Source: an uncultured delta proteobacterium
GTDB taxonomy: Bacteria > Desulfobacterota > Syntrophia > Syntrophales > UBA2185
DNA length: 64,000 nt
Direction of reading: 5' to 3'
NCBI GenBank assembly: GCA_963729715.1
Contig: CAVSPA010000010.1
Coordinates: 128,001 to 192,000, forward strand
Shown: positions 51,264-61,817 of the stretch, piece by piece
Position numbering within the stretch: position 1 is the first letter of the stretch
Layout: every line of letters begins with the position of its first letter
Made by a program: the position numbers and the translations under genes
The notes under the pieces: model-generated
Seen by the model: only the letters and a program-made list of their open reading frames with translations
What the model was told of the DNA's origin: nothing
Database searches by the model: none

Positions 51264-53681
51264 ATGTTAGTAAGTCTCAGATGGCTCAGAGATTATGTCG
51301 ATATAAGGATTCCTCTAAGGGAACTTGTTGACCGTTTGACAATGGCTGGTCTTGAAGTTGAAGAGATAAAGGAGATCGGTCCTGCGTTTACCAATGTAGT
51401 TGTCGCAAAAATTCTTTCCGTAAAGACCCATCCGGAAACAGACAAATATTACTTCTGCGAAGTGGCTGCGGGCGAAGGCATTTATCCTGTGGTCTGTGGT
51501 GCGCGCAACATCGAGGCCGGCGATGTGGTTCCCCTGGCAAGAATCGGAGCAACATTACCGGGTGGCTATACGATCAAGAGTTCCAAAATCAGAGGCGCAG
51601 TATCGGAAGGGATGCTTTGTTCCGAGCAAGAATTGGGCATAGGTGACGATGCGTCGGGGATTATGATTCTTCCTCGCGAACTCACGATAGGCCTTGACCT
51701 GGCAGAAGCATTGAATCTCAAGGACATGGTCCTTGATGTAGGGATCACACCCAACAGGTCTGACTGTTTAAGCATCATAGGAATTGCCCGTGAAATTGCT
51801 GCAATCACCGGGTCCGCAGTCAAGTATCCGGACACCTTTGTTTCCGAAATTGAGCAGGATATAACAAGTATCACATCGGTTGATATACTTGATCCCGATT
51901 TGTGCCCGCGCTACAGCGCCAGGATTATAAAGGACGTAGCCATAAAACCGTCCCCTCTCTGGATGCGCCGGAGACTTGAAGCAGTGGGCTTGCGTGCGAT
52001 TAACAATATCGTTGATGTCACCAATTATGTGATGATGGAGTTGGGGCAACCGCTTCATGCATTTGATTTCCGGTTTCTTGAAGAGGGCCGCATTGTGGTC
52101 AGAAGATCCCGCGGCGGAGAAACATTCACTTCTCTCGATGAGAAGGAACGCATTCTCGACACGGATACGCTGATGATCTGTGACGGCAGGAAGCCCGTAG
52201 CCATTGGCGGCATCATGGGCGGCCTTAATTCCGAAGTCAAAGAAGATACTGAAATTATACTTCTGGAAAGCGCCTATTTTACCCCTGCCTCAATTAGAAA
52301 ATCCGCTAAGTCGCTGGGGATGACTACGGATGCTGCATTCAGATTCGGTCGGGGCATAGATCCTGAAGGCGTGATAAGGGCTCTAAACAGAGCGGCTCAG
52401 CTTATGGCGAAAATTTCCGGTGGGCGGGTTTGCAGAGGCTACATTGACCGATATCCTCAAAAAGTTAAAGTCGCGGGGAATATACCGCTCCGTGGGGAAA
52501 GGGTCAATGAAATACTGGGTACAGACATTGATGCCCCGGAAATCGTGAAAATACTGGAAAGTTTAGAGATGACTGTTCTCCTCGAAAAGGACGGCGTCTA
52601 CCTGGTAACTCCACCCACGTACAGAGTGGATATTGCGAGGGAGATAGATCTCATCGAAGAGGTAGCCAGATTGTATGGTTATGACCGTATTCCTGTGACG
52701 CTGCCTCCCGTGTTTGTCACGGCTGTGACGACGGAGCGCCAGCAAATCGTCGTCGACAGAATACGGGACCTCATAAGGGGATCGGGTTACTCCGAAATAA
52801 TAACGTTCAGTTTTATTTCCCCTGAATCGGCACAGCTTCTCGGAATCGGAGAGGATGATGATCGCCGAAATATGGTCAAAATACGGAATCCTCTTACGGA
52901 AGATCAATCGGTGATGCGAACAACACTCGTAAGCAGCCTTTTGGAGACAATGAAAAAAAATGCTCACAACGGATGTCTTGATCTTAAGCTTTTTGAGATC
53001 GGCAGGGTTTTCTTTCACCGAAAAGAAGGCGAACTTCCCGTTGAGAAGAACAGGCTGGGGTGTCTCATCACAGGCCTGTTTTACGATGATCTCTGGTGTT
53101 CAAAAATAGATGCGGATTTTTATGACTTAAAAGGCTGTATAGAAAACATATTTGATGGTCTCAAGATTGCGGGTCTGGAATTGAGATCTGATCACAGGGA
53201 AGCTTTCCTCCATCCAGGCAAGTCATGTGGGATGTATGCTAATGACCGGTTTATCGGATTCTTGGGGGAAGTGCATCCGGATACTCTTCTTGAGATGGAT
53301 TTAAAGAATCGGGCTTATGTAGCCGAAATAGATTTGGATATTATCTCCAGTATGTTTTCAGGCGAAGTGTTGTATCAAGATCTGCCAAGATTTCCATCAG
53401 TCGTAAGAGATGTGGCATTCGTAATCGGCCAGGAAACGGAAGCGGATAAAATGCTTAAACTTGCCGTTGAAATGGGTAAAGAAATGCTTGAAAAAGTGAG
53501 TGTTTTTGATGTATATTCTGGTAATAATATTCCGGAGGGGAAAAGGAGTCTCGGAATAAGGTTTGTATATCGTGCTGCTGACAGGACCCTAACGGATGAT
53601 GAAGTGAATCAGCTGCACGGTAAGATCGTAAGAAAGATTGTTGACTTGACTGGGACAAGGATAAGAGGAGAAGAAATCTAG
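51264..53681 (+). CDS. pheT: Phenylalanine--tRNA ligase beta subunit
   Basis: TPNRSDCLS, INNIVDVTNYV, DLIEEVARLYGY, C-terminal RTLTD FDX-ACB domain. Confidence 0.98.
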   Translation: MLVSLRWLRDYVDIRIPLRELVDRLTMAGLEVEEIKEIGPAFTNVVVAKILSVKTHPETDKYYFCEVAAGEGIYPVVCGARNIEAGDVVPLARIGATLPGGYTIKSSKIRGAVSEGMLCSEQELGIGDDASGIMILPRELTIGLDLAEALNLKDMVLDVGITPNRSDCLSIIGIAREIAAITGSAVKYPDTFVSEIEQDITSITSVDILDPDLCPRYSARIIKDVAIKPSPLWMRRRLEAVGLRAINNIVDVTNYVMMELGQPLHAFDFRFLEEGRIVVRRSRGGETFTSLDEKERILDTDTLMICDGRKPVAIGGIMGGLNSEVKEDTEIILLESAYFTPASIRKSAKSLGMTTDAAFRFGRGIDPEGVIRALNRAAQLMAKISGGRVCRGYIDRYPQKVKVAGNIPLRGERVNEILGTDIDAPEIVKILESLEMTVLLEKDGVYLVTPPTYRVDIAREIDLIEEVARLYGYDRIPVTLPPVFVTAVTTERQQIVVDRIRDLIRGSGYSEIITFSFISPESAQLLGIGEDDDRRNMVKIRNPLTEDQSVMRTTLVSSLLETMKKNAHNGCLDLKLFEIGRVFFHRKEGELPVEKNRLGCLITGLFYDDLWCSKIDADFYDLKGCIENIFDGLKIAGLELRSDHREAFLHPGKSCGMYANDRFIGFLGEVHPDTLLEMDLKNRAYVAEIDLDIISSMFSGEVLYQDLPRFPSVVRDVAFVIGQETEADKMLKLAVEMGKEMLEKVSVFDVYSGNNIPEGKRSLGIRFVYRAADRTLTDDEVNQLHGKIVRKIVDLTGTRIRGEEI

Positions 53682-53709
53682 GCGTCTGTAAGATTGGGGG
53701 AGGTTCGAA

Positions 53710-53985
53710 ATGACAAAGATTGATATTATTCAGGATGTGTATGAAAAGCTGGGATTTTCCAAAAAGGATGCAGCGAAAATTGTTGAGTCGGTTTTTGAGA
53801 TCATGAAAGACAGCCTTGCTCGTGGTGAGAAGATAAAGATTTCCGGTTTCGGCAACTTTTCCGTAAAGGATAAGAAATCCCGCAGGGGCAGAAATCCGCA
53901 GACCGGAAGTGAAATAGAAATATCTGCGAGGAAAGTACTTACCTTTAAGTCAAGTCAAGTGTTGCGCAAAGCGCTGAATAGTTAA
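53710..53985 (+). CDS. ihfA: Integration host factor alpha subunit
   Basis: KISGFGNF, RRGRNPQTG; directly after pheT. Confidence 0.93.
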   Translation: MTKIDIIQDVYEKLGFSKKDAAKIVESVFEIMKDSLARGEKIKISGFGNFSVKDKKSRRGRNPQTGSEIEISARKVLTFKSSQVLRKALNS

Positions 53986-54326
53986 TTTGGATAGCAAGAA
54001 AAATCTGATCATCAATTCGCGATGATTCGGTAAAAAAGTCAAGAATCTGTTTTACAACTGGCCGCTTTTGAGAGAAGTACGGGTATCGAGTCACTGTGAT
54101 GCCGAGAGATGATACGATCGGACACGTGCACCGAGGAACTTGCCGTGCGCTTGATGAGGGGGGTATCCAGCCCCAGACTTTTGGACTTTTTGCTGGGTCA
54201 TCAATCCCGCGTACTAAACGAATCCATAAAGAAATTGATTTAAAGTGACCTTTCGCTGCATGTACGTATGAAAGGCTTCTATATAAGATCTTTGCTTTTT
54301 GGGGGCGTCGGGATTTAGGTTTCTTA

Positions 54327-54665
54327 ATGAATGCGTCGATTCCGAACAAGGAATATTTCCGTATCGGAGAGGTCAGTAGAATCCTCGATGTAGACCCGTA
54401 TGTCGTCAGGTTTTGGGAATCTGAATTCAAGTCAATTAAACCAATTCGCACTAAATCATATCAGCGTCTGTATAGGAGAAAAGATTTGGAGGAGCTGCTG
54501 ATTATAAAAAAACTCCTTTATAGTGATAAGTTTACGATAAGTGGTGCCAAGAGACAATTGCTGAAAATGAAAAGGGGGGGAACGGAGCAGGATCGAGACG
54601 ACATGCAAGAAAAGTTTGCGGAAATTAAAAAAGGATTATTGCAGATAAGACAAATGATAAGTTAA
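54327..54665 (+). CDS. MerR-family transcriptional regulator
   Basis: YFRIGEVS...VVRFWESEF...RLY...FTISGAK; conserved position after ihfA. Confidence 0.92.
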   Translation: MNASIPNKEYFRIGEVSRILDVDPYVVRFWESEFKSIKPIRTKSYQRLYRRKDLEELLIIKKLLYSDKFTISGAKRQLLKMKRGGTEQDRDDMQEKFAEIKKGLLQIRQMIS

Positions 54666-54674
54666 AAACGAAAA

Positions 54675-54714
54675 GGGACAGGCATTTTTTTCAATGAAAA
54701 AAGTTACCTGCCCC
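54675..54714. terminator. Hairpin between convergent genes
   Basis: GGGACAGG..TTTTTT/AAAAAA..CCTGCCCC imperfect inverted repeat. Confidence 0.4.
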
Positions 54715-54721
54715 ACCGTTC

Positions 54722-55003
54722 TTAATGTTTGGTCGATCTCTTGGACGCCTTGAGCGGATTGAGTTTCTGCGTGGCTTCTTTGATCTCTCTCTTAATGTGC
54801 GATGCTGTCGGACAGTTTCCAGAAAGCCATTTGCTGGAAGGTTCAGGATAGACCTTGCAGTACTGACCGGTCGGGCAATCTATAATTTTGATGCAACCTT
54901 CACACTTCTCTATTACCGTGTAGCAATTACCCCCATTAAATCCACAACCTTTCTTGGTCATGAAGGCACACTCGGCCCCAATTTTGACGGTTTGACAGAC
55001 CAT
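54722..55003 (-). CDS. PxxKW-family cysteine-rich protein
   Basis: MVCQTVKIGAECAFM...CEGC...YPEPSSKW...CP.ASH...KLNPLKASKR. Confidence 0.9.
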   Translation of the reverse strand: MVCQTVKIGAECAFMTKKGCGFNGGNCYTVIEKCEGCIKIIDCPTGQYCKVYPEPSSKWLSGNCPTASHIKREIKEATQKLNPLKASKRSTKH

Positions 55004-55270
55004 TGGAATCACCCCCTTTCGTATCTTCTTTTATTTGCTTAATTGTAGCCAGTTCTTGATTTAATAAAAATCTTTTTCTTGTAACAAAATATACAAGTAT
55101 ATGTCAAGAAAAAAGTTCATTGAATTAACTTGTCGAATATTGGAATGATAACAGTGTCAATGCCTTATCGAATAAATTGACTTCGGACTACAATCATGTT
55201 AGGCAAACACCTCCGATGGAAATGAGTTTGAAAGCGCGGAGAAATCATCATCAGGCTTTCAGGATTAATT

Positions 55271-55549
55271 GTGACTGACATGGTAGTGATAAAAACGTTT
55301 GAGATAAAAAATAAGCTTGGTCTTCACGCAAGGGTTGCGGCAAAGCTCATCAATGTATCGTCGCGATTCAAGGCTAAGATATTTTTTGAGAGGGATGGTA
55401 AAGTTGCAAACGGGAAAAGTCTCCTCAGTATCTTGACGTTAGCCTGTCCTTTGGGAAGCCGACTGACGATAAGAGCGGAGGGAATGGACGCGCGAGAGGC
55501 TGTTCAGGACCTTGGCAAACTTATAGAAAGTAAGTTTGGAGAAGATTGA
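55271..55549 (+). CDS. ptsH: Phosphocarrier protein HPr
   Basis: NKLGLHAR (His15) and GKSLL (Ser46). Confidence 0.93.
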   Translation: MTDMVVIKTFEIKNKLGLHARVAAKLINVSSRFKAKIFFERDGKVANGKSLLSILTLACPLGSRLTIRAEGMDAREAVQDLGKLIESKFGED

Positions 55550-57327
55550 TGGTCGATGACGCAGGGAAAAGGTCTTTTGTTCTGAAGGGCATTGGTGTCT
55601 CGCCAGGCATAGTGATTGGAAAGGCGCACCTCTTTGATCGTTTTGATGCCCAGGTTTCCTTCTACAGGCTTCGGGACAAGGACCTCGTATCGGAAGAGAC
55701 TAAGAGGTTTAAGGCGGCGCTGAAGGAATCGGAAAAACAGCTCCTTGAGGTTAAAAATAGACTGCGTGAACTGGCGGGACAGGAACCTTTATATATCATC
55801 GACGTACATTTATTGATACTCAAAGATAAGATGTTCATCAATCATACTATTCAGTATATCAAGGACTTGTGCATCAATGCGGAATGGGCCATCAAGATGA
55901 CCATCGACAGATATCGAGAGATCTTTGATAAAGTGGAAGATGAATATCTCAAAGGACGAATCAGTGATATTCGATACGTGGGGCAGATGGTTACGAGAAA
56001 TCTTGCCGGAGGTAAAGATGTCGTTCCGGATATTGCTGGCAAGGGGATAATCATTGCCGCAGACCTTTCGCCCGCGGATACTGCGCAGATGATGATGAAT
56101 AAGGTGCAGGGATTTGCAACTGATATGGGAGGAAAAACATCTCATACTGCTATTGTGGCGCGTGCTGTTGAGATTCCCGCCGTAGTTGGTTTGGAGTCTA
56201 TCACCAAAATGGTACGAACCAACGATGACATCATTATCGACGGCACGGCGGGGCTTGTTGTTGTGAATCCTGATCCGGAAATGATTAAGGTATATGACGA
56301 TAAGCGGAGGCATTTTGAAATAGCCCAGGAGAATTTTCTGAAATATGCCAGACTGCCTGCTGTAACAAAAGATAATTATAGAGTGGATATAGGGGGGAAT
56401 ATCGAGTTTATCGAAGAGATTCCCACTGCTGTATCCCACGGTGCCGAGGGCATTGGTCTCTACAGAACGGAGTTTATCTACATAAATAAAGGACAGCTGC
56501 CCACGGAGGAAGAACACTTTTCAAACTACAGAAGTATCGTTGGTGTAGAGGGTTTAAATTGGGCGACAATCAGAACCTTTGATCTCGGCGGTGACAAGTT
56601 TTACTCCGATCCCAAGTTGGCCAAAGAGATGAATCCTCAAATGGGTCTGCGAGCTATCCGCTTCTGTTTGAAAGAAGTCGATATGTTTAAGGTGCAGTTG
56701 CGGGCGATTGCCCGCGCCAGTGCTTTTGGAAAGACGAGGATCATGTTTCCCATGGTTTCGGGCATTGAGGAAATACGAGAAGCCAAGAGGATCTTTTTTG
56801 AGGTTAAGGGTGATCTTGTCGCCAAAGGCATACCAATGGGTGATGACATTGAAATTGGCGTCATGATAGAAGTTCCGTCTGCCGTGATTATTGCCGACGA
56901 ACTGGCAAAAGAAGTGGATTTCTTCAGCATAGGCACGAACGATCTTATTCAATATGCCTTGGCTATCGACAGAATAAACGAAAGAGTGACCTATTTGTAT
57001 GAACCGCTCCACCCTGCCGTTTTAAGACTCATCAAGCACGTGATTGACGTCGGTCATAACGCGGGCGTTCGGGTTGCCATGTGCGGGGAAATGGCAGGCG
57101 AACCGGCGTATATCATGATTCTCTTAGGTCTTGAGATAGACGAGCTGAGTATGAATCCCCTGGCAATACCGCGGGTGAAAAAAATCATTCAGGAATCTAC
57201 CCTAAAGGAATCCAAGACGCTGTTAGAGAAAGTTATGACTTTCTCATCGGCTGCTGTGATTCGAGAATTTGTCAACAACTATATGCGTGAACGTTTCCCG
57301 GAAGAATTCCAGACGAACGGCACTTGA
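55546..57327 (+). CDS. ptsI: PTS enzyme I
   Basis: GGKTSHTAIVAR, GIGLYRTEF, NPQMGLRAIR, FFSIGTNDL, MCGE. Confidence 0.97.
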   Translation: MMVDDAGKRSFVLKGIGVSPGIVIGKAHLFDRFDAQVSFYRLRDKDLVSEETKRFKAALKESEKQLLEVKNRLRELAGQEPLYIIDVHLLILKDKMFINHTIQYIKDLCINAEWAIKMTIDRYREIFDKVEDEYLKGRISDIRYVGQMVTRNLAGGKDVVPDIAGKGIIIAADLSPADTAQMMMNKVQGFATDMGGKTSHTAIVARAVEIPAVVGLESITKMVRTNDDIIIDGTAGLVVVNPDPEMIKVYDDKRRHFEIAQENFLKYARLPAVTKDNYRVDIGGNIEFIEEIPTAVSHGAEGIGLYRTEFIYINKGQLPTEEEHFSNYRSIVGVEGLNWATIRTFDLGGDKFYSDPKLAKEMNPQMGLRAIRFCLKEVDMFKVQLRAIARASAFGKTRIMFPMVSGIEEIREAKRIFFEVKGDLVAKGIPMGDDIEIGVMIEVPSAVIIADELAKEVDFFSIGTNDLIQYALAIDRINERVTYLYEPLHPAVLRLIKHVIDVGHNAGVRVAMCGEMAGEPAYIMILLGLEIDELSMNPLAIPRVKKIIQESTLKESKTLLEKVMTFSSAAVIREFVNNYMRERFPEEFQTNGT

Positions 57328-57442
57328 GATTAAGTGGAGAAAAAGCATTATTGTCGTCGTAGGTATCGGGTAAACTGTGCTTCCTGCGGCCGTGTATCGA
57401 GACAATTTACAGCCGGGAACTTCATTTTCGTAAGAGATCATC

Positions 57443-60073
57443 ATGTCCTTCCTGTCAAAAATTAGAGTGTGGATGGAAGAAGATGGAGATTTTTACGCAG
57501 GCCACCTGTACCGGGAGGATAACTTCCTCCTTTTCTGGCTGATCAAGAAGGTGTTGTCCAAAGTAGAACTTGCCGATGAGTATGTCGAAGCGCTAAAAAA
57601 TCTGTCTGAAAGAGGTACAGTCGTATACGCCATAAAGAATAAGAGTCAGCTAAACAGCCTCATTATTCGGGAGCTGTCCGCGCGAAGGGGTATCCCCAGA
57701 CCGGTTTACTGCCACGGCTTCAATATGATATTCTGGCAGCCTTTCCCTGCCCTTGCCAAGGTTGTCTTCTCGAGTATATCTCATTTGGTCTTCAAGAAAT
57801 CAGTCCCTGATGCCGCGAAGAAAAGTTATCTGAAGCGGATCATTGCCGAAGGGAAAAGTGCGATAATCCATCTAGGAGGTTCGGAATTTTTTGAAAGCCC
57901 GGTTACCGAGGATGGTGTCGCCCAATTGATAGATGCTCAGAATAACTCAAGTGTTCCCGTCTATATTGTCCCCGTCATGATTACTTACGGCCGGAGAAGG
58001 GAGAAAGAGAAAGAAAGCTTTCTAAATATATTGTTCGGCCAGACCGAAGAGACGGGTGCGCTCCGTCAGCTTATCACCTTCCTCAGGTATTCTAATAAGG
58101 CTACGGTGATATCCGCAGAACCTGTTGACTTGGCGGACTATGTCAATAAGAACGCAGGCGCAAAAATAGATGTCTTATATCATGATTTGAGAAGAGAACT
58201 GATTGAACGGATTGACGAAGAAAAGATGAGTATCGTAGGACCTGTCTTGAAGTCGAGGGAAGAGATCATCAGTATGGTTCTTAATGATGGCAACCTTGAT
58301 CATTTCATAGAAGATATGGCTGCACACGGGGCAAAAAACCATGTCTCCTTAGCTAAGGAAGCAGAGAAATATATCCGGGAAATTGCCGCCGACTATAATG
58401 ATATGTTTATTGAGCTCTGGGATAAATTTCTGACTTGGTTGTGGAACAACATCTATGACGGCGTAGTAGTGGACAAGCCGGGACTTGCTAAAATAAGAAA
58501 CTTATCAAAGAAAATGCCCTTCGTTATTATTCCCTGTCATAGAAGCCATATTGATTATCTTCTCCTTTCCTATGTCTTTTACGAGCATAATATACAGATG
58601 CCATTTGTCGCCGCCGGCACCAATTTGTCTTTTTGGCCCTTAGGATATCTATTTCGGAAATCGGGCGCTTTCTTTATCCGCCGTACATTTAAAGGGAATA
58701 AACTTTACGGCGAAGTCTTTGCCAAGTATCTGGAGGTCATCTTGAAAGAGGGTCTTCCCCTCGAGTTTTTCATTGAAGGGGGAAGGAGCCGCAGCGGCAA
58801 GATGGTAATGCCCAAGTTCGGCCTCCTTTCCATGCTTATTCAAGCTTACAGAAAGAGGGCCGGTGATGATCTGGCATTGATCCCTGTTTACATCGGCTAC
58901 GATCGAGTCATCGAAGAAGAATCCTACCTGAGGGAGCTTGGGGGAGTTCCCAAAGAGAGAGAAAAGCCGTCAGATGTCATCAAGAGCCGCAGATTTCTAA
59001 GGAAGCGTTACGGGCGCGTCTACGTAAATATCGGTGAACCGACCTTCCTGAAATCATATCTCGCTTCACAGGAAAAATCTTTTGACGATATGAGTATGGA
59101 TGAAAGGCAGAGCCTGTACAGAAAGATCAGTTATGAAATAACTCTGGAAATCAACAGGGTGTCCGTTGTTACTCCATTTTCTCTTATTGCCTCCGTTTTG
59201 CTGTGCCATGACAGAAGGGGCATATCACATGATGATCTCATGGCGGTGCTGAAATTATTTTATGACTATCTGAGCTACAAAAAAGTAAATTTTGCAGCAA
59301 CCTTGGTCCACAAGGAAAAGGCCTTTGTGGATGCCCTCAATCTGTTTGATGAGTCAGGAATTATATCCAAGATGGGGGCAGAAGAAGAAGAACCGGATGA
59401 AATGGAAGAGATTGTCTACTCTCTCGAAGAAAATAACCGCTTGAACTTAGAGTATTACAAAAATAATATCCTTCACTTTTTTGTCCCCATCAGTTTTGTA
59501 GCCGCATCGCTGTCTTCAAGCCATGAGGACATGATACCCCTGAACCGGATTGTGAAAGATTTCCAATTTTTAAAGAGGCTCTTCTGGCAGGAGTTCATCT
59601 TTGATGACCGGAAGGACGACTTGGATGAGGTAAACGATGTTCTCTCTTATTTGAATAGCAGGGGCATGATTGCTGCCCTGGAACAGAATGGGCAGGCTCT
59701 TGTCGAGGTGAAAGGCAAAGGAAAGACGAATCTTATGCCTTTCGCCGGGTTAATCAGCAACTATATGGAATCGTACTGGGTTGTGATAAGGAGCAGCATG
59801 TATCTCAGGAAGGGAGCCATGTCGGAGAGGGACTGGATGAGAAAAATCCAGCAGCTTGGCGCCAAGATGTACAAGAAGGGGGAGATACGAAGAGCGGAAG
59901 CCATGTCGCAGTCGAATTATCAAAGCGCCATGCAATTCCTCCAGGATGCAGATATCGTGTATGTTTCGGTGGCAAGCGAAAGCGGCGACAGGAAAGAAGC
60001 GAACATATTTACGCTTACCGGAAACAAGGCTGAATTGGATTCTGTAAGACGCCGTCTTTTCGAATTCTTGTAA
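57443..60073 (+). CDS. plsB: Glycerol-3-phosphate acyltransferase (PlsB-type)
   Basis: PCHRSHIDY (HX4D), GAFFIRR, FIEGGRSRSG. Confidence 0.9.
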   Translation: MSFLSKIRVWMEEDGDFYAGHLYREDNFLLFWLIKKVLSKVELADEYVEALKNLSERGTVVYAIKNKSQLNSLIIRELSARRGIPRPVYCHGFNMIFWQPFPALAKVVFSSISHLVFKKSVPDAAKKSYLKRIIAEGKSAIIHLGGSEFFESPVTEDGVAQLIDAQNNSSVPVYIVPVMITYGRRREKEKESFLNILFGQTEETGALRQLITFLRYSNKATVISAEPVDLADYVNKNAGAKIDVLYHDLRRELIERIDEEKMSIVGPVLKSREEIISMVLNDGNLDHFIEDMAAHGAKNHVSLAKEAEKYIREIAADYNDMFIELWDKFLTWLWNNIYDGVVVDKPGLAKIRNLSKKMPFVIIPCHRSHIDYLLLSYVFYEHNIQMPFVAAGTNLSFWPLGYLFRKSGAFFIRRTFKGNKLYGEVFAKYLEVILKEGLPLEFFIEGGRSRSGKMVMPKFGLLSMLIQAYRKRAGDDLALIPVYIGYDRVIEEESYLRELGGVPKEREKPSDVIKSRRFLRKRYGRVYVNIGEPTFLKSYLASQEKSFDDMSMDERQSLYRKISYEITLEINRVSVVTPFSLIASVLLCHDRRGISHDDLMAVLKLFYDYLSYKKVNFAATLVHKEKAFVDALNLFDESGIISKMGAEEEEPDEMEEIVYSLEENNRLNLEYYKNNILHFFVPISFVAASLSSSHEDMIPLNRIVKDFQFLKRLFWQEFIFDDRKDDLDEVNDVLSYLNSRGMIAALEQNGQALVEVKGKGKTNLMPFAGLISNYMESYWVVIRSSMYLRKGAMSERDWMRKIQQLGAKMYKKGEIRRAEAMSQSNYQSAMQFLQDADIVYVSVASESGDRKEANIFTLTGNKAELDSVRRRLFEFL

Positions 60074-60242
60074 TGATGGAATTGCGGAAGAATCAATCCA
60101 TCCTGCTTGATGCGTCGGGACCGCTAATCTCATATAATAATCTTTTCAAAGTTTTACATTGCTGCTGCTTCCCACATTGCGGGTCCAATCGGCAGTTTTT
60201 GTTTGACATGAATGGCCGTTCGTGCTAAGGAGCGCCACGCAA

Positions 60243-60524
60243 ATGGATAAGGATACGAAGAAGACGGCCATCCAAATGGCATATGCAAGCAGCATAGGCA
60301 TTTTCATGGTTGTGCTGATCTTTGGCGGTCTTTATCTCGGCGTTTTTCTGGACAGGAAATTCGATACCGGCTATATTTTCACAATTTTCCTTCTGATTGC
60401 GGCCATTGTTGCAGGATTCAGAAACATATATGTCTTAATCAAGAAAATACCGGATGAAAAGCCGTTAATTAAGTATCTGAAAAGTGAACCGCACAGAAAA
60501 AGACCCCCTGCAAAAGAGGCTTGA
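60243..60524 (+). CDS. AtpZ/AtpI-family ATP synthase accessory protein
   Basis: SSIGI..V...GG..LG..LD..F two-TM pattern; first gene before atpB. Confidence 0.85.
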   Translation: MDKDTKKTAIQMAYASSIGIFMVVLIFGGLYLGVFLDRKFDTGYIFTIFLLIAAIVAGFRNIYVLIKKIPDEKPLIKYLKSEPHRKRPPAKEA

Positions 60525-60879
60525 GCTTACAAACTGGATCATCCTGGGAATATTGACGGTGATCAGTTTTATCTTCATGCCTCACAAGTTCGCCTTGGGC
60601 ATGCTGTTGGGTGGCTTTATAAGCATCGTAAATTTTCACTGGCTCGTCCGAGATCTCCGAAAGGCGTTCAGAAGTCTTTCAGAAAAGTCAAATTCTGCCG
60701 TGACGTTTAAATATTACATCAGGTTTGGCGTTACAGCAATAGCACTGTATTTTATTATTACCGGAGATATCGTTGATATAATAGGTTTACTGATCGGGCT
60801 TTCAACAGTAGTAATTGCCATAGTAATTACCACAATTGCTTTATATTCAAAAAAAAATTGTGTTGAGGAGGCTAGATAA
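60484..60879 (+). CDS. ATP synthase protein I
   Basis: Four TM helices, GG.IS..NF..L; directly upstream of atpB. Confidence 0.8.
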   Translation: MNRTEKDPLQKRLELTNWIILGILTVISFIFMPHKFALGMLLGGFISIVNFHWLVRDLRKAFRSLSEKSNSAVTFKYYIRFGVTAIALYFIITGDIVDIIGLLIGLSTVVIAIVITTIALYSKKNCVEEAR

Positions 60880-60882
60880 AAG

Positions 60883-61536
60883 ATGCATTCTCTTTCATTC
60901 CTTGAAAACCACTTGATCCCTGCGCACATAATGTATACCTGGTTTGTCATGGTACTGCTTGCACTATGCTCTTTTTTGGCAACGCGCAAGCTGGATATTT
61001 ATCCGACTAGATTTCAAAATGTGATGGAGGTTGTCGTCAGTGGTTTGGATTCTTTAATAACCGATACGATGGGTCATGACGGAAGGAAATTCTTTCCTCT
61101 CATTGCTACTATAGGGCTCTTTATTCTTACATCCAATCTCCTGGGACTTGTTCCAGGTTTTGAATCCCCCACGGCCAATCTGAACACGAATCTTTCCATG
61201 GCGCTGGTGGTCTTTTGCATGACGCACGTTATGGGGGTCAAGGTGCACGGGTACAAATACGTTAAGCAATTTATGGGTCCGGTGTGGTGGTTGACGCCGC
61301 TCATGGTGCTCATCGAACTCGTCAGTCATTTGGTTCGGCCCGTATCGCTCACGGTGCGATTATTCGGGAATATCGAGGGCGGGCATATCGTTGTTGCCGT
61401 ATTGTTCCTGTTAGCTCCCTTCCTCGTGCCCATACCGATTCTTTTTCTCAAGATTTTCATTTCCGTAATCCAGACCCTCGTCTTCATGTTGCTCTCAATG
61501 ATGTATATTGCCGGCGCCATGGAGGAAGCGCACTAA
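60883..61536 (+). CDS. atpB: F0F1 ATP synthase subunit a
   Basis: [32 protein letters not shown]...YI. Confidence 0.96.
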   Translation: MHSLSFLENHLIPAHIMYTWFVMVLLALCSFLATRKLDIYPTRFQNVMEVVVSGLDSLITDTMGHDGRKFFPLIATIGLFILTSNLLGLVPGFESPTANLNTNLSMALVVFCMTHVMGVKVHGYKYVKQFMGPVWWLTPLMVLIELVSHLVRPVSLTVRLFGNIEGGHIVVAVLFLLAPFLVPIPILFLKIFISVIQTLVFMLLSMMYIAGAMEEAH

Positions 61537-61564
61537 AACACGCCAATCTGAACAATAACAAAGT

Positions 61565-61601
61565 GAGGGGCCAAGAATTGAACTGTCTTGGCTCCTCTTT
61601 T
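61565..61601 (+). terminator. Rho-independent terminator after atpB
   Basis: GAGGGGCCAAGA-loop-TCTTGGCTCCTC followed by TTTT. Confidence 0.75.
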
Positions 61602-61817
61602 ATTCCCCGACAACCGAGGGAGGGAATAACGCTATGGGTATTAAATCTTACCGGTTCAGCCCGAGCACATCCAAAGATATAATCTATTATGCGGTTAACT
61701 CTGACTGACGCGGCCGGATCCGCGCAGATGCGAACCGTGACAATTCTCAGGGCTGTAACTGCGCGAATTATGCCGGCCCCAGTCGGCAGGATTCTCTATA
61801 AATATGATAAGGAGGCA

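Noticed and set aside
61634..61708. 24-codon ORF after a GGAGG-like RBS downstream of atpB, considered as an atpE remnant
   Set aside because: Hydrophilic sequence (MGIKSYRFSPSTSKDIIYYAVNSD) with no similarity to subunit c
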